The position numbers and the translations under genes are program-made. From Leptolyngbyaceae cyanobacterium (lineage in GTDB: Bacteria; Cyanobacteriota; Cyanobacteriia; Phormidesmidales; Phormidesmidaceae): a DNA stretch of 64,000 nt. The stretch spans positions 672,001-736,000 of the forward strand of contig CBDHHL010000056.1 in NCBI GenBank assembly GCA_965263355.1. Direction: 5' to 3'. Of this stretch, positions 1-10,260 are shown piece after piece; position 1 is the stretch's first letter; every line of letters starts with the position of its first letter. The notes under the pieces are model-generated. The model saw only the letters and a list, made by a program, of their open reading frames with translations. It made no database searches and was not told the origin of the DNA.

Positions 1-506
1 TTGGGATGCAGGGTAATGCCTTCAAACCTGAGGGCAGAACTGTCTTCGGACTTAGCTTTGGATTTGTAGCGGCGGAGTAAGGCCCGACAGCGAGCGATTA
101 ACTCACGCATGCCAAAGGGTTTAGACAGATAATCATCAGCGCCTACTTCTAGGCCAACGACTCGATCCATTTCTGTCCCCTTAGCACTCAGGATCAAAAT
201 AGGCACATCCAGCCCCCGGTGTCGTACCAACCGACATAGATCGAGACCATTCATCCCCGGTAGCATCAAGTCTAGAATCACCAGGCTAATATCTGGAATA
301 GCATCTTTACTGCCATCCACTGACCCCAGTAATTTTTCCAATGCCGTTGGCCCATCGGCAGCGACAACTATTTCAAACCCTTCTTCAGCTAAGGCCAGTG
401 CTACCGTCTCTCTGATTAGCTCTTCGTCTTCGACAACTAAAACCCTTCCCAAACCTACCCGCAGCGAGGACTGGATAGGAGCTAGTCCGCTAGAAACCAT
501 AGCCAT
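1..506 (-). CDS. sphR: OmpR/PhoB-family response regulator, probably SphR (3' end runs off window)
   Basis: Manual translation: MAMVSSG...RVLVVEDEELIRETVALAL...LDLMLPGMNGLDLCRL...ILILSAKGTEMDRVVGLEVGADDYLSKPFGMRELIARCRALLRR; N-terminal extension and motifs resemble cyanobacterial SphR. Confidence 0.7.
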   Translation of the reverse strand, partial: MAMVSSGLAPIQSSLRVGLGRVLVVEDEELIRETVALALAEEGFEIVVAADGPTALEKLLGSVDGSKDAIPDISLVILDLMLPGMNGLDLCRLVRHRGLDVPILILSAKGTEMDRVVGLEVGADDYLSKPFGMRELIARCRALLRRYKSKAKSEDSSALRFEGITLHP

Positions 507-885
507 ATGTATTATGTCGCCCTTATTACCTCTATGGTTGGATTCTATCAGGGATGTTGCAACCGATAACTCTGTTTAATCGGATCATTTGCCGTAAATT
601 TAGCTACACAACTCAGCCAGCAGTACAAACTCCAAGCATTGCTACAGCAGGTTATTGGCCTCAATAATCAGACCAAAACGGTCATGGAAGGTTAACCAAG
701 TTTTTATCTTCTTAAAATCTTTATAGTGTTCTCACCCATGTAAATACACAGTCGGCATAGCTAAATAATCAGCTAAATACCCCTTGACCAATTTGCCCCT
801 ATTACTGGTCTGTCAGTCTGTCAAGTTAGTGGTCTGTCAAGCCTAAGGTTTCGGATAGGCAGGTAAAGATTAAAGAACTTCAAGG

Positions 886-1023
886 GGGTATCCACTCAAG
901 CCGGGAAATTCTGATTAAGTAGGAATCTAGAATCCAGGAGCCAGAATTTAGAAGGGATATGGCTTCTGCCTCCTGACTTCTGACGTCTATCCTTAGGATA
1001 CTTCCCGCTTTAAGTTGTTACCC
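886..1023. mobile_element. MITE copy 1 (138 bp)
   Basis: Imperfect TIRs GGGTATCCACTCAAGCCGGGAA / TTCCCGCTTTAAGTTGTTACCC; 8-bp direct repeat CTTCAAGG at 878-885 and 1024-1031; near-identical copy at 44638. Confidence 0.9.
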
Positions 1024-1101
1024 CTTCAAGGGATTAAGAGTCACTCTTTACTCTTCACTCTTTATCAGTAACCAACCCAAATTTTTAGCGTTGACGCTGC
1101 A

Positions 1102-2601
1102 CTAGGACCATTGGTGCGTTGCTCGACCATAGAGTTCGGTGAGTGTGGTTAGGTGATGACAAAGGGTATTGCTGAGCATGGCAGCATCAAATCGCCATTC
1201 CCAGTTGCCCTCTGCTAATCCGGGGGTATTCATGCGGGCTTCTGAACCTAGGCCCAGCAGGTCCTGTAGAGGAATGATGGCTAGGGTGGCGATGGACGAT
1301 AGCGCTAGCCGGATCATCCCCCAATGGACTGACTCTGGATTTAATGCGCCCACAAATGTTGCCAACCGGTGCTTTTCGTAATCATTGGCGGTGCCATACC
1401 AGCCCAGGGTGGTGTCGTTGTCGTGGGTACCTGTGTAGATGACGAAGTTGCGATCGCAATTAAACGGTAGGTAGGGATTACGATGATCGGAGCCAAAGGC
1501 AAACTGCAGGATCTTCATCCCTGGAAACCCAAACCGGTCTCGCAGAGCCTCAACTTCGGGGGTAATAATGCCAAGATCTTCCGCTAGAAATGGGAGTTTG
1601 CCCAACACCGCTTCAACCCGTTCAAACAGTGCTGCCCCTGGTGCTTGAACCCATTGTCCATGGATGGCCGTTTGTTCCCCTTCAGGCACGGCCCAGTAAG
1701 ATTCAAACCCTCGAAAATGGTCAATACGAATGTGGTCTACATAGGACAATGAAGTTTTAATCCGTTTGAGCCACCAGTCAAACTGAGTTTTTTCCAGCAC
1801 CTCCCAGTTGTAGGTAGGATTACCCCAAAGCTGACCCGTTTCACTGAAATAGTCCGGGGGTACCCCAGCCATTTCTGAGGGCATCAGCGTCGCCGGGTCG
1901 ATCATAAAGTTCTCAGGAAATGCCCATACATCCGCACTGTCATGGGCGACATAGATGGGCATATCCCCAACGATCTGGATATGCCGCTCATTGGCATAGG
2001 CCTTCAGGGCAAACCATTGCCGACAAAACTCAAACTGCAGAAACTTTTGCAAAAAGACAGCATCGGCTAACTTATCGCGCCAGGTCTCCAGGGCTGCTGG
2101 GTCCCGTTTGGCAAGCGCTTGATCCCATGAACTCCAACTCAAACCATGGTTGGCTTCCTTCAGGGCCATAAACAGACTGTAGTCATCTAGCCAAAATGCC
2201 TGGGCCTGACAAAACTCCTGAAACTCTTGCGACTGGTCAGGTTGAAATGCCTGGGCAGCCCGTTTTAGCAAGCCCAACTTATAGGGAATAACCCGCTCGT
2301 AGTCCACCCGCTCAGAGGGAAACTTCGGTACCTCTGTCAGGTCTGCCGTATCCAATAATCCCTGTTCTACCAAACCATCCAGACTGATCAGCATGGGATT
2401 GCCTGCCATCGCTGAATAGCACATATAGGGGGAATTACCATGCCCCGTTGGTCCTAAGGGTAAAATTTGCCAAAGCTGTTGTTTTGTTCTGACTAGAAAG
2501 TCAATAAATTCATAGGCCGTTTGCCCTAGATCTCCAATGCCATGGCGACTGGGTAGCGACGTCGGATGAAGTAATATACCACTAGCTCTAGTAAACGACA
2601 T
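1102..2601 (-). CDS. malQ: 4-alpha-glucanotransferase (amylomaltase, GH77)
   Basis: RASGILLHPTSLP, WQILPLGP, RIDHFRGF, AEDLG, YTGTHDNDT, RMNTPG motifs; likely start MSFTRASG at 2601. Confidence 0.95.
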   Translation of the reverse strand: MSFTRASGILLHPTSLPSRHGIGDLGQTAYEFIDFLVRTKQQLWQILPLGPTGHGNSPYMCYSAMAGNPMLISLDGLVEQGLLDTADLTEVPKFPSERVDYERVIPYKLGLLKRAAQAFQPDQSQEFQEFCQAQAFWLDDYSLFMALKEANHGLSWSSWDQALAKRDPAALETWRDKLADAVFLQKFLQFEFCRQWFALKAYANERHIQIVGDMPIYVAHDSADVWAFPENFMIDPATLMPSEMAGVPPDYFSETGQLWGNPTYNWEVLEKTQFDWWLKRIKTSLSYVDHIRIDHFRGFESYWAVPEGEQTAIHGQWVQAPGAALFERVEAVLGKLPFLAEDLGIITPEVEALRDRFGFPGMKILQFAFGSDHRNPYLPFNCDRNFVIYTGTHDNDTTLGWYGTANDYEKHRLATFVGALNPESVHWGMIRLALSSIATLAIIPLQDLLGLGSEARMNTPGLAEGNWEWRFDAAMLSNTLCHHLTTLTELYGRATHQWS

Positions 2602-2729
2602 GGTTAATAGATAGAAATAGCAATTAGATAAGGCTTTAACAACGTATTGGGCGTTAACCAAAGCCAATTGACTTTAGCATGGTTGCTCGATGCAATACCG
2701 TCCTATTACAGACACTCCGAGTTTTCCCT

Positions 2730-3152
2730 ATGGCCTATCGTAATCCTGCACCCACCGTTGACATTATTATCGAGCTAATTGATCGGCCCCATCGCCCAAT
2801 TATTTTAATTGAGCGTTTAAATCCGCCCTTAGGCTGGGCTATTCCCGGTGGTTTTGTGGACTACGGGGAGTCGGTGGAAACGGCTGCCATACGTGAGGCC
2901 AAAGAAGAGATTGGCCTGGAGATTAAATTGCTAGAGCAGTTTCATGTGTACTCTGACCCCAGTCGAGATCAGCGTAAGCACACGATTAGTATTGTATTTC
3001 TTGCTACAGCAGTCGGAGAACCGATAGCAGGGGACGATGCGATCAACTTCAAACTATTTGAACTCTGGGAATTACCTGATAATCTTTGTTTTGATCACAA
3101 CAAAATTTTACAAGATTACTGGCACTATCGACATTATGGTAAGCGACCATAA
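2730..3152 (+). CDS. NUDIX hydrolase
   Basis: Nudix box [23 protein letters not shown]; start MAYRNP. Confidence 0.9.
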   Translation: MAYRNPAPTVDIIIELIDRPHRPIILIERLNPPLGWAIPGGFVDYGESVETAAIREAKEEIGLEIKLLEQFHVYSDPSRDQRKHTISIVFLATAVGEPIAGDDAINFKLFELWELPDNLCFDHNKILQDYWHYRHYGKRP

Positions 3153-3370
3153 CCTTTGCCTACCCGTCCTTTTACGCGTTTAACGTCGTTTCGAGAACGA
3201 AAAATTAGTTTTGCTCCATTAATTTCAATATTTTAGATAATCTTAAGTGGACAGTGTTCTTCCTTAAAATGTCTGTGCAAAGTAGTATCTTAATCTTTTG
3301 AAAAAAGATTGGATTTGGGGCTTGAAGCCACTCTTTGCCCTATTCTGCCGTGCGACTATGTGGATGTAAT

Positions 3371-4573
3371 ATGCGCTCCCGGACTGACATTTTGGCGATC
3401 TTTTCCACATTTATCCAGTTCACGGGGGACCGGTTTGCTGCATGGGTATCTGACCCGCGTCTGGCCAGGACCATGCAGCAGCTATTGCAAAGTAATCAAG
3501 CTGCTCGATCGGAAAATTTTTGGGCATTGCATTGGTTTCGCTTACGGCAGCAGCATCCCCAAGCCATTGGTCATTTGTGGGCCTATTTACAGGAACCTTG
3601 TTATTGGGCGGCAGAACGGATTACCCGTCGCTTTCCCATGGTGCAATGCTCCTTAGCTGATGGGTTTCAGATTGCGATCGCTAATGTAGACCGTATTCTC
3701 AAAGGCTACAACCCCGACTACGGCAGTAGTCTCAAAGCCTATGCGCGCACTGCCTTTGGTAACTATCTGCGGGATCAGCTACGCCAAAGCCATGCCATCA
3801 ACATCAGTAGTGACTGGGGTCTGCTACGAAGACTCAGTAAGACTCAATTAAAACAGGCATTGCTAACGGGCGGATTTGTCCGCACGGAGCCTTATATCTT
3901 GCTTTGGCAATGCTTTAAAGCCGTTTGTCCCCCTGAACCAAGCAAATTAGCTCGGGGATTATCTGCCCCGAGCGAAGCGCAACTAAACGCTATTATTGAG
4001 CATTACAATCAGGGTCACCCCAACCTAAAATCAGCCCCTGAGGTTGTCAACATAGGTACAGACATGGGGACAAATCAGCTGAGGGTGGAACTGGCCCAGT
4101 TAGCCACCATTGTCAGAGCTTATTTAACCCCTGCTGTAACCTCCCTCAATCATCCCCAGTATGATGACTCTGCTGAAGAGCAACAGGACACCCTGTCTGC
4201 AGGCGATACCCCGATGACGCAGCTACTCGCTAGCGAAGCCTACACCGAACAACAACAGATGCTACAACGCATTGGAGTCATCCTAAAAAATGAGCTGCTA
4301 AATCTAGATGCTGCCAACAAAACATTATTAGCGCTCTATTATGGACAAAACCTAACCCAGAGTGAAATCGCCAAGCAGCTTAATATTCAACAATATCAAG
4401 TGTCTCGCAAACTTAGGCAAATTCGTCAGCGACTATTGCTCTCGATTATTATCTGGGGTCAAGAGACATTGCATATCCCAACCGAAACTGCCGTACTTGG
4501 TAATGTTAGTGAAGTGATTCACGAGTGGTTACAGCGTCACTATTCGCTAGAACCATCAGAGGTATCTGAATGA
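3371..4573 (+). CDS. Cyanobacterial sigma-70-like (HetZ-related) protein with C-terminal region-4 HTH
   Basis: FSTF N-terminus, HLWAYLQEPCYW, SDWGLL, LYYGQNLTQSEIAKQL..QYQVSR; coupled to a DUF1822 gene. Confidence 0.75.
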   Translation: MRSRTDILAIFSTFIQFTGDRFAAWVSDPRLARTMQQLLQSNQAARSENFWALHWFRLRQQHPQAIGHLWAYLQEPCYWAAERITRRFPMVQCSLADGFQIAIANVDRILKGYNPDYGSSLKAYARTAFGNYLRDQLRQSHAINISSDWGLLRRLSKTQLKQALLTGGFVRTEPYILLWQCFKAVCPPEPSKLARGLSAPSEAQLNAIIEHYNQGHPNLKSAPEVVNIGTDMGTNQLRVELAQLATIVRAYLTPAVTSLNHPQYDDSAEEQQDTLSAGDTPMTQLLASEAYTEQQQMLQRIGVILKNELLNLDAANKTLLALYYGQNLTQSEIAKQLNIQQYQVSRKLRQIRQRLLLSIIIWGQETLHIPTETAVLGNVSEVIHEWLQRHYSLEPSEVSE

Positions 4574-5703
4574 GCGTATTATTTGACAACCCCGTACAGC
4601 CTGTGTTGGCAATGCCAGCCGATTTGGGCCAGTGGGAACGCACTGCATCTATGTCAGACCCAGCTGTGCGCTGGCGGATTTATTTGCACCAATTAGGCCT
4701 AAAGGCCATCATGTCATGGTTTCAAGAAGAATTTGATCAGACCATTCGCCCATGGCCCTATGCTGCTCCGTTTGATTATTGGCACATTGTTGATGGATTA
4801 AGCCTAACGTTAGGTGAAAGCCGCATTGTAGTCATGCTCTCTGAGGTGATCGAGGCAGCAGAACTTATCGTTCCCCAAGAATGGATTGATCTGTCTGGTT
4901 TATCTGCAGACTATTACATTGCTGCTTACGCTGATGTGGATAAACAGCAGTTAGTACTGTGGGGTTATACCACCTACGGTGAGCTTAAGTCTCAAGGTGA
5001 TTACGATGCCTCTGAACGCACCTATTGCCTTAGGGATACAGACCTGACCCAGGATTTATCTGCTTTTTGGGTGGCCCAACAAATGAGTCAACTGTCATCT
5101 GGGCCAATGAACCAGTTAAGTCCACTATCAACTGTTCAAGCTGAAAGTTTGATACAAAATTTGGCCAAGTCTTCTAAACCACGACTGTTGCTGCCATTTA
5201 GTCAATGGGGTGCTCTTTTGAGTAGTGACCACTGGCGACAGCAGCTATATCAACAGCGACAAACTAATGCTCCTGTCAGCATAGAAGACTGGCTGGAACA
5301 AATTTTTGAACAAGGTTGGTGCACGTTAGAATCATTACTTCCTCAGACGCCAGCTTTGCAGTTTCGATCAGCTGTTAACAGTGCGGCTGTTCTTACCTGT
5401 GGCAAAAAGATTTTCCTAAATACTGCACCGGATGATCTGTTGCTGATGTTTAGTGTGGATATCGAGGCAAACAAACGCCGCAATATCCGGATTCAACTCT
5501 ATCCATCGAGTGACACTCTGCTGCCGAATAATGTGATGTTAGCCTTGGAAATGTCGGAAACTGGAGAATTACTCAAATCTGTAAAAGCTGGGGACCATGA
5601 TGACTATATTCAAATTCCGCCATTTCGTTGTTCGGCGGGTCAACGGTTAAGGGTGCATATTCAACTTGCCGATAGTATTTGTCAAGAGGATTTTATTAGT
5701 TAA
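4570..5703 (+). CDS. DUF1822 family protein
   Basis: VPQEWIDL..ADYYIA..WGY motif, W-rich middle, IQLYP...IQL C-terminal domain; ATGA overlap with the upstream sigma-like gene. Confidence 0.8.
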   Translation: MSVLFDNPVQPVLAMPADLGQWERTASMSDPAVRWRIYLHQLGLKAIMSWFQEEFDQTIRPWPYAAPFDYWHIVDGLSLTLGESRIVVMLSEVIEAAELIVPQEWIDLSGLSADYYIAAYADVDKQQLVLWGYTTYGELKSQGDYDASERTYCLRDTDLTQDLSAFWVAQQMSQLSSGPMNQLSPLSTVQAESLIQNLAKSSKPRLLLPFSQWGALLSSDHWRQQLYQQRQTNAPVSIEDWLEQIFEQGWCTLESLLPQTPALQFRSAVNSAAVLTCGKKIFLNTAPDDLLLMFSVDIEANKRRNIRIQLYPSSDTLLPNNVMLALEMSETGELLKSVKAGDHDDYIQIPPFRCSAGQRLRVHIQLADSICQEDFIS

Positions 5704-5812
5704 GCATTTGCATCATTTCACATAGCCTTACACAAGCATTAAATAGACTTTCCTGGCAGCCCACATCAGACTAGTAGGTCTACAGAATAGACATCAAATA
5801 TAGGTATATTCT

Positions 5813-6409
5813 ATGAAACCTATTTTTACTAGAGGTCGGCTAGTCACCTGGAAAGAAGATAAGGGCTTTGGCTTGATCAAAGCCAATCATGGCGGTAAGG
5901 ATGCTTTTCTGCATATTAGCGTTTTGCCAGAAAATAGCCGTCCCCCCAAGGTTGGAGATACTATTCTGTATCAGCGCATTACTACACCCAAAGGAAAAGT
6001 CCGCGCCACAAAAGCATCCATTATTGGGATAAAACCTCAAGCGCCAAAACCTCAAGCGTCAAACCTCAAGCGCTACAGATTTGGAAAAATTGGCCGAATT
6101 GAAGCCTTGGCTACTGGATTTGGTCTAGCTGCCATTACGTTGGTTATTTTGGCGTTTAGCAATCATCGTTCCCCTGATTTAATTAAAGCTATTTTCAAAT
6201 CGAGCTGCACCCTTAAGGGCAACATTTCTACTAATAGGGGTAACAAGATTTATTACCTACCAGATGCGGATGATTATGAAATTACTGTTATCAGTTCAGA
6301 ATTCTGTTGGCAAAACGTTGTCTACAGGTCATCAGATGATAGCTGTGCTTTTTCCATTAGAAAGTCTCGAATGGTGGCATCTTCGGTAAGGCCAATGGCA
6401 CGAACATAG
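5813..6409 (+). CDS. Cold-shock-domain membrane protein, C-terminus apparently truncated
   Basis: GRLVTWKEDKGFGLI..DAFLHIS CSD, TM helix, CTLKGNIS..KIYYLP module lacking its usual end; ORF runs 88 bp into the convergent gene. Confidence 0.7.
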   Translation: MKPIFTRGRLVTWKEDKGFGLIKANHGGKDAFLHISVLPENSRPPKVGDTILYQRITTPKGKVRATKASIIGIKPQAPKPQASNLKRYRFGKIGRIEALATGFGLAAITLVILAFSNHRSPDLIKAIFKSSCTLKGNISTNRGNKIYYLPDADDYEITVISSEFCWQNVVYRSSDDSCAFSIRKSRMVASSVRPMART

Positions 6410-7554
6410 GCTTGTTGGGCGGCAGCATTGTCTCCTAACTCTGTTAGCAAATGCCCCCGCAGTGCCCAGTAGGGTTGGTAGGTCTGGATGGCCTTAGGAG
6501 AGAGGGTGTTGAGTAATTCTAAGCTTTGTTGCGCCCCTTGGGTTTGGGCAAGTGCCATGCTATACCCCACCAATGCCCCAATTGTCGGCGACATCTGAAT
6601 CAAGCCAGTATACAGCTGTGCTAGCGCGTCCCAATCTGTTTTCTGGGTCACTACCCGTTGAACATGAACCGACTGAATGGCCGCCTCTAGCTGAAATCGG
6701 CCTAGTTTTCCATAGGTCGACGCCAGATGCAGTTCTTTTTCTGCCTGATCGATCATGGATTGAGACCAGAGTGTGGTGTCTTGTTCTGACAGGGGCACAT
6801 AGTCTCCTGTGGGTGAGCGTCGAGCCCTGCGACGAGATGCACAATAGAGCATTAGTGCCAATAGTCCTCTGGCTTCTGGATTTTCCGGTAGTAGTTGGAC
6901 ACAGAGGCGAGCTAGCCAGATTGCCTCATCTGCCAGCCCCCTATGGCGTGGATCACCCCCGATTACCGTATCCCAGCCAGTAGTATAGGCGGCATAGATG
7001 GCGTCTAAAACAGCGGCTAATCGACTGGGTAGTTCTTGGGTATCTGGTACTTTAAAGGGAATGCCCGCATCGCGAATTTTGGCTTTAGCGCGTACTAATC
7101 GCTGGCCCATCGTAGTCGGTGCGACTAAAAAAGCCGACCCAATTTGAGCCGCATTTAAGCCCATGACCGTTTGCAGCATCAGCGGTGTCCGAATGGCTAC
7201 GTTAATGGCCGGATGAGCACAGATAAACAACAGTTTTAGGCGCTCATCGGGAAAAGAGATTTCATCAACAGAGTCCGGTATGTCTACGCCACTGAGGTTG
7301 AGGCTATTAAGTACTTTGGTGTAAGTCTGGGACCGTCGGGCAACATCGATTAATCGTCGTCGGGCAGTCACCAGTAGCCAGGCCTCTGGGTTATTGGGAA
7401 CGCCGTTTTCTGGCCAGGTATTGAGGGCTTTAAGGAAGGCATCGCCGAGGGCGTCTTCGGCAGCAGAAATGTCTTGCGATCGCACCGCCAAATAGGCCAC
7501 CAAGCGACCATAGGAATTTCGTGCTGCCAGTTCTGCCGCTCGACGTACATCCAT
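6322..7554 (-). CDS. ECF sigma factor with C-terminal TPR/DUF6596 extension (ECF42-like)
   Basis: AEDALGDAF..W..GVP.NPEAWL..ARRR, DERLKLLF.CAHPA, TMGQRLVRAKAKI, YVPLSEQD..W; DGPF/YciI gene in the same operon. Confidence 0.85.
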   Translation of the reverse strand: MDVRRAAELAARNSYGRLVAYLAVRSQDISAAEDALGDAFLKALNTWPENGVPNNPEAWLLVTARRRLIDVARRSQTYTKVLNSLNLSGVDIPDSVDEISFPDERLKLLFICAHPAINVAIRTPLMLQTVMGLNAAQIGSAFLVAPTTMGQRLVRAKAKIRDAGIPFKVPDTQELPSRLAAVLDAIYAAYTTGWDTVIGGDPRHRGLADEAIWLARLCVQLLPENPEARGLLALMLYCASRRRARRSPTGDYVPLSEQDTTLWSQSMIDQAEKELHLASTYGKLGRFQLEAAIQSVHVQRVVTQKTDWDALAQLYTGLIQMSPTIGALVGYSMALAQTQGAQQSLELLNTLSPKAIQTYQPYWALRGHLLTELGDNAAAQQAYVRAIGLTEDATIRDFLMEKAQLSSDDL

Positions 7555-7558
7555 GGGT

Positions 7559-8185
7559 TTACCCTTGAGGTGGTTGAGGTGCAGTTTGTTGCCAGGCGGG
7601 CAACGCCTCAATCCGGTCATACCAGGCCCGAATGTGGTCGTACTTTTCTAGGGGAAACTGGGCAATGGCCGCATAGGTTAAATCACTAGCCACCGAAAAG
7701 TCAGCCAAAGTGAGGGTGTTATTCACCAGATAGTCCTTACCCGCCAGGTGAGCATCTAAAACAGTGGCTTCTTGATGGAATGTGGCGATCGATCGCTCTA
7801 ACACTTGTGGATCAGGGTCACCCAACCCCAATACCTTTTTAACAAACCGCTCAAACTGAATCGGCTGACACCCCCTCGACCAGTGGGCCAGCTGCCAACT
7901 TTGCCAGCGCATAATGTCAGCCCGCTGCTGGGCATCATCGGGCCATAGTGGTGTGGCAACCTGGCTGGCCAGATACTGCATAATGGCAGTGGACTCCCAC
8001 AGGGCAAAGTCTCCATCCTGCAGTAAAGGAATTCGTCCAGTGGGATTGAGGGCAAGAAATTCTGCAGTGCGTTGCTGACCTTGCTGGAGATCAACCAGCT
8101 CTAGCTCTACAGGCATCTGCAGATGAAGAGCAACCGCGTGAGCTTTGCGAGAATTGGGGGAAGGAGGAAAGTAATAAAGCTTCAT
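7559..8185 (-). CDS. Glutathione S-transferase family protein
   Basis: SPNSRK, NPTGRIPLL, LWESTAIMQYL, TLADF motifs. Confidence 0.92.
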   Translation of the reverse strand: MKLYYFPPSPNSRKAHAVALHLQMPVELELVDLQQGQQRTAEFLALNPTGRIPLLQDGDFALWESTAIMQYLASQVATPLWPDDAQQRADIMRWQSWQLAHWSRGCQPIQFERFVKKVLGLGDPDPQVLERSIATFHQEATVLDAHLAGKDYLVNNTLTLADFSVASDLTYAAIAQFPLEKYDHIRAWYDRIEALPAWQQTAPQPPQG

Positions 8186-8194
8186 GGCAATTTC

Positions 8195-8536
8195 CTAGTT
8201 TTGATCTACAGACCAGATGGGACGCACTTCTACGCTGCAGAGACCGGCGGCGGGACAACGGGCCGCCCAGTCTAAGGCACTATCAAGATCAGGGACATCA
8301 ATTAGAAAGAAGCCCCCCAACTGTTCTTTTGTATCAGCATAGGGACCATCCTGCACCTGACGTTGCCCCTCTTTGAGACATACTGTGGAGGCGGTATGGC
8401 TAGGGTAGAGCGCTTCACCGCCAGTTATCACACCGGCTTCAGATAGTGCTTGGGAATAGGCATTGTAAGCAGGCATATGCCGCTCTCGATTGGCAAAGTC
8501 CTGTTCCGTTTCGTAAACCAAAATTGCATATTTCAT
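8195..8536 (-). CDS. YciI/DGPF-domain protein
   Basis: DGPYADTKEQLGGFFLIDV.DLD.AL.WA..CP....VEVRP. Confidence 0.9.
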   Translation of the reverse strand: MKYAILVYETEQDFANRERHMPAYNAYSQALSEAGVITGGEALYPSHTASTVCLKEGQRQVQDGPYADTKEQLGGFFLIDVPDLDSALDWAARCPAAGLCSVEVRPIWSVDQN

Positions 8537-8868
8537 CGGATTAACGCGTGGTAAATCACGTGGTAAATCAACAGAGCTGCGGGACATTTTTCCCATGCTC
8601 TACTTCTATAACGAACAAGCAACTGCAATTTCGACATTAGATGCAAAATTGGAAGCCAATCAAATATATTTTTGTATTGACCAACGCGATCGATGCTCTC
8701 GCTGATGCTCAAACCAATGGTAGGGTAGCATTTAGCCAATTGGGAGCACTTATTAATGGGGTAACATGTGCGTAATTGGGGTATTTACAGATGTTTCTTA
8801 CATTAAGGGCGCATTAAACCTGGAAAATTGTGAATAAAGGCCAGGTATAGCGAACGGGCCGCAAAAAC

Positions 8869-9717
8869 ATGAAGAACGTTAGACCAATCCTCAAGAACTT
8901 TGCAACTCACTTTGCAGCCATTTTATTAGGGTTCGGCAGTTTGGGCTGGCTGGCGCTTGTTGTTTCCCACTACGCCAAATCAGACTTTGTGGCGTCTGCG
9001 GACGAGTTTTTTGTTGCCGTTCAACAAGATAACCTGGAAACAGCTTATGGTTATCTCTCTGACGATTTTCAGGATATTGTTAGCAAGGCCGAACTGGATA
9101 ACTATTTGGATGAGATGTCAATTCCAGATGTTAACGGGACAAGTTGGGGAGTTCTCATCACATACAGGGGTGAGGGAGATGGAAAAAGCGGTCTTCGAGG
9201 AAAGATTACAACTGAGTCTGGTGATGTTGTTCCCGTTGAAGTGAGTTTTGTTAACGTTGGAGATGAATTGAAAATATTTGCCCTTAGAAAAGTATCTCCC
9301 CAAAGCATAGAGCTGATACTGCTTGGCAAGATTCTAATGTGGAGTGCTAGCATAGCAGCACTTATGACGGTCTTGCTGTTTAGTCTTACGGCACGTCATG
9401 TGGCCATTGCTGACAGGTTTTTGATGGCCGTCCAACAAAATGATCTGGATGTCGCCTATGGTTATCTTTCCAAAGAGTTTCAGGCAACCACTAACAAGGC
9501 TGAACTCACAGAGAGTCTTCATAAGCTCTTGCCCGCAAATTTTGAGGAGGTCATTTGGAAAACCCGTAATTTACAGGGTAATCAATGTAGTTTGCTAGGG
9601 ACTATTATAACTAAGTCTAAAAGCACTACAGATTTTTGGCTTGGCTTTATTAAAGAAAAGGGCGGTTGGAAAATAACGGTTATTGAGGTGCCTCTTGCAA
9701 AACAACCAGGTGGTTAA
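8869..9717 (+). CDS. Membrane protein with two internally repeated NTF2-like (DUF4864-like) domains
   Basis: Two repeats ADxFxxAVQQxxLxxAYGYLSxxFQxxxxKAEL, each preceded by a hydrophobic helix. Confidence 0.55.
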   Translation: MKNVRPILKNFATHFAAILLGFGSLGWLALVVSHYAKSDFVASADEFFVAVQQDNLETAYGYLSDDFQDIVSKAELDNYLDEMSIPDVNGTSWGVLITYRGEGDGKSGLRGKITTESGDVVPVEVSFVNVGDELKIFALRKVSPQSIELILLGKILMWSASIAALMTVLLFSLTARHVAIADRFLMAVQQNDLDVAYGYLSKEFQATTNKAELTESLHKLLPANFEEVIWKTRNLQGNQCSLLGTIITKSKSTTDFWLGFIKEKGGWKITVIEVPLAKQPGG

Positions 9718-9741
9718 TCACTAAGGAATTTTCGATATCTG

Positions 9742-10176
9742 ATGAAAATTATCGCGTTACTTTTACTAGCCATCTCTACCCTTGGTTTAGATAGGGTTGG
9801 ACAGGGATATGCTGCGGTTTCGTCTGCTCAAGCTGTGGCTGTGTCCGTCGAGCCTAGCTTGGTAGCCCAAGCGAGTACCCTGGTAACTCAAGATTACATC
9901 GTGACAATTTCTCAAAACTGTGTGGAGGGCGATGTAGATTGCGATAATGTCACCTACTATGGCGTCAATACAAATACTGGGGCGTCTTTAGACTTGCAGG
10001 GGAGAACGGTCCATGCACCCTGTACTGATGGCATCACACCCTGTCGATTTATGGGCTATGAGTTTTTTAATGGGGCCTATCGTTACTTTGTGGCTCAAAA
10101 CGGCACACTACAGATTTTCCAGAATGGTCAACGTATCCTGGAACAATCAGGATACTGGGATACGACCAGACGCTAA
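9742..10176 (+). CDS. Secreted hypothetical protein (4 Cys)
   Basis: Signal peptide; CVEGDVDCDNV.Y.G and CTDGITPCRF.GY motifs. Confidence 0.7.
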   Translation: MKIIALLLLAISTLGLDRVGQGYAAVSSAQAVAVSVEPSLVAQASTLVTQDYIVTISQNCVEGDVDCDNVTYYGVNTNTGASLDLQGRTVHAPCTDGITPCRFMGYEFFNGAYRYFVAQNGTLQIFQNGQRILEQSGYWDTTRR

Positions 10177-10260
10177 TAAGCTGAATACCCAAATTCACAG
10201 CCCATTCTCAGGCGGACGCTTTAAGATGTCGAATATCTTAATAAGAGAAGGGGAACAGCA

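Noticed and set aside
680..880. Pho box for sphR autoregulation
   Set aside because: Only isolated half-matches, without a clean 11-bp period on the expected strand
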